Shown here in pieces: positions 63,490 to 64,000 of a stretch of 64,000 bases of DNA. The notes beneath the pieces are model-generated. The model was not told where the DNA came from and did not search any database. It was given only the letters and a program-made list of their open reading frames with translations. This stretch comes from Clostridia bacterium (GTDB taxonomy: Bacteria > Bacillota > Clostridia > UMGS1883), in the NCBI GenBank assembly GCA_045656645.1, contig JAZORN010000094.1, forward strand, positions 8,522 through 72,521, in the 5' to 3' direction. The stretch's first letter is position 1; each line of letters begins with the position of its first letter. The position numbers were made by a program, and so were the translations under genes.

Positions 63490-64000
63490 ATGTTTACACA
63501 TTTACACGTACATAGTGAATATAGTCTTCTTGACGGTATGTCACGTATAAAGGAGCTTCCCAGGCGTGCAAAAGAGCTTGGGCAAACTTCTATTGCCCTG
63601 ACCGACCACGGTGTTATGTATGGCGTTGTTGATTTTTATAAGGCGTGCGTTGCAGAGGGAATAAAGCCTATTATTGGTTGTGAGGTATATACGACTAAGG
63701 ACAGAACTGATAAAAGCGGCGGAAGAGGGGAGAATGAAACAAATCACCTCGTTCTTCTGTGTAAAAATGATGAGGGATATCACAATCTTATACAAATAGT
63801 TTCTGCCGGTTTTGTTGACGGGTTTTATTATCGTCCACGTGTGGATATGGAAATCCTTAATAAATATAAAGGTGGCTTGATTGCTCTTTCTGCTTGTCTT
63901 GCAGGTGAAATTCCAAAAGCATTAATGGCTGGAAATTTTGACCGTGCAAAGGAAATTGTAGAAGAGTATAAGGAGCTTTTTGACGAGTTTTATATTGAAA
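63490..64000 (+). CDS. dnaE: DNA polymerase III alpha subunit, N-terminal PHP domain (partial; continues beyond the window)
   Basis: FTHLHVHSEYSLLDG PHP motif at the N-terminus. Truncated at the window end. Confidence 0.8.
   Translation, partial: MFTHLHVHSEYSLLDGMSRIKELPRRAKELGQTSIALTDHGVMYGVVDFYKACVAEGIKPIIGCEVYTTKDRTDKSGGRGENETNHLVLLCKNDEGYHNLIQIVSAGFVDGFYYRPRVDMEILNKYKGGLIALSACLAGEIPKALMAGNFDRAKEIVEEYKELFDEFYIE

Overview
This window reads as a mostly core chromosomal segment of a low-GC, spore-forming Firmicute. It resembles the Clostridia (Oscillospiraceae/Ruminococcaceae-like) on the basis of spoIIR, spoVAEB, whiA, an IspH-S1 fusion and a split transketolase. TGA, TAA and TAG are all used as stops, so translation table 11 applies. 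Gene density is high, and I assign about 64 protein genes plus a tmRNA (ssrA). Conserved blocks are mrnC-tktAB-pcrA; cmk-plsC-ispH/rpsA; a minus-strand run ispE-spoIIR-trmB-yhaO/yhaN-like-asp23-yloV-recG; nfo-lepA-hemW-recX-rimO-pgsA-alr-radA; ligA-fumAB-glxK-dacB; nagAB; rnr-smpB-ssrA-secG; pyrH-frr-uppS-cdsA-dxr-rseP-nusB-xseAB-ispA-prfA-hprK-murB-rapZ-whiA-dnaE. The segment that looks most accessory is about 28.2-35.0 kb. It holds a cysteine-rich hypothetical protein behind a 346-nt highly structured leader with MITE-like inverted repeats, a stomatin/NfeD pair, a GH26-like secreted hydrolase, and a secreted repeat protein. It also holds the most defence-like item in the window: an orphan protein with a CARF-like N-terminus and a C-terminal PD-(D/E)xK nuclease motif, which I read as Card1/Can2-like. 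This gene has a near-consensus sigma-A promoter of its own and no CRISPR-Cas or cyclase partner nearby. A second notable locus lies just downstream of the tmRNA 3' end: an exact 18-bp copy of that end sits 200 bp away across a triple-hairpin block, which looks like a residual integration or excision scar. I saw no CRISPR array, integrase, transposase or prophage genes. All calls come from reading the translated ORFs for family-specific motifs. No database search was possible.
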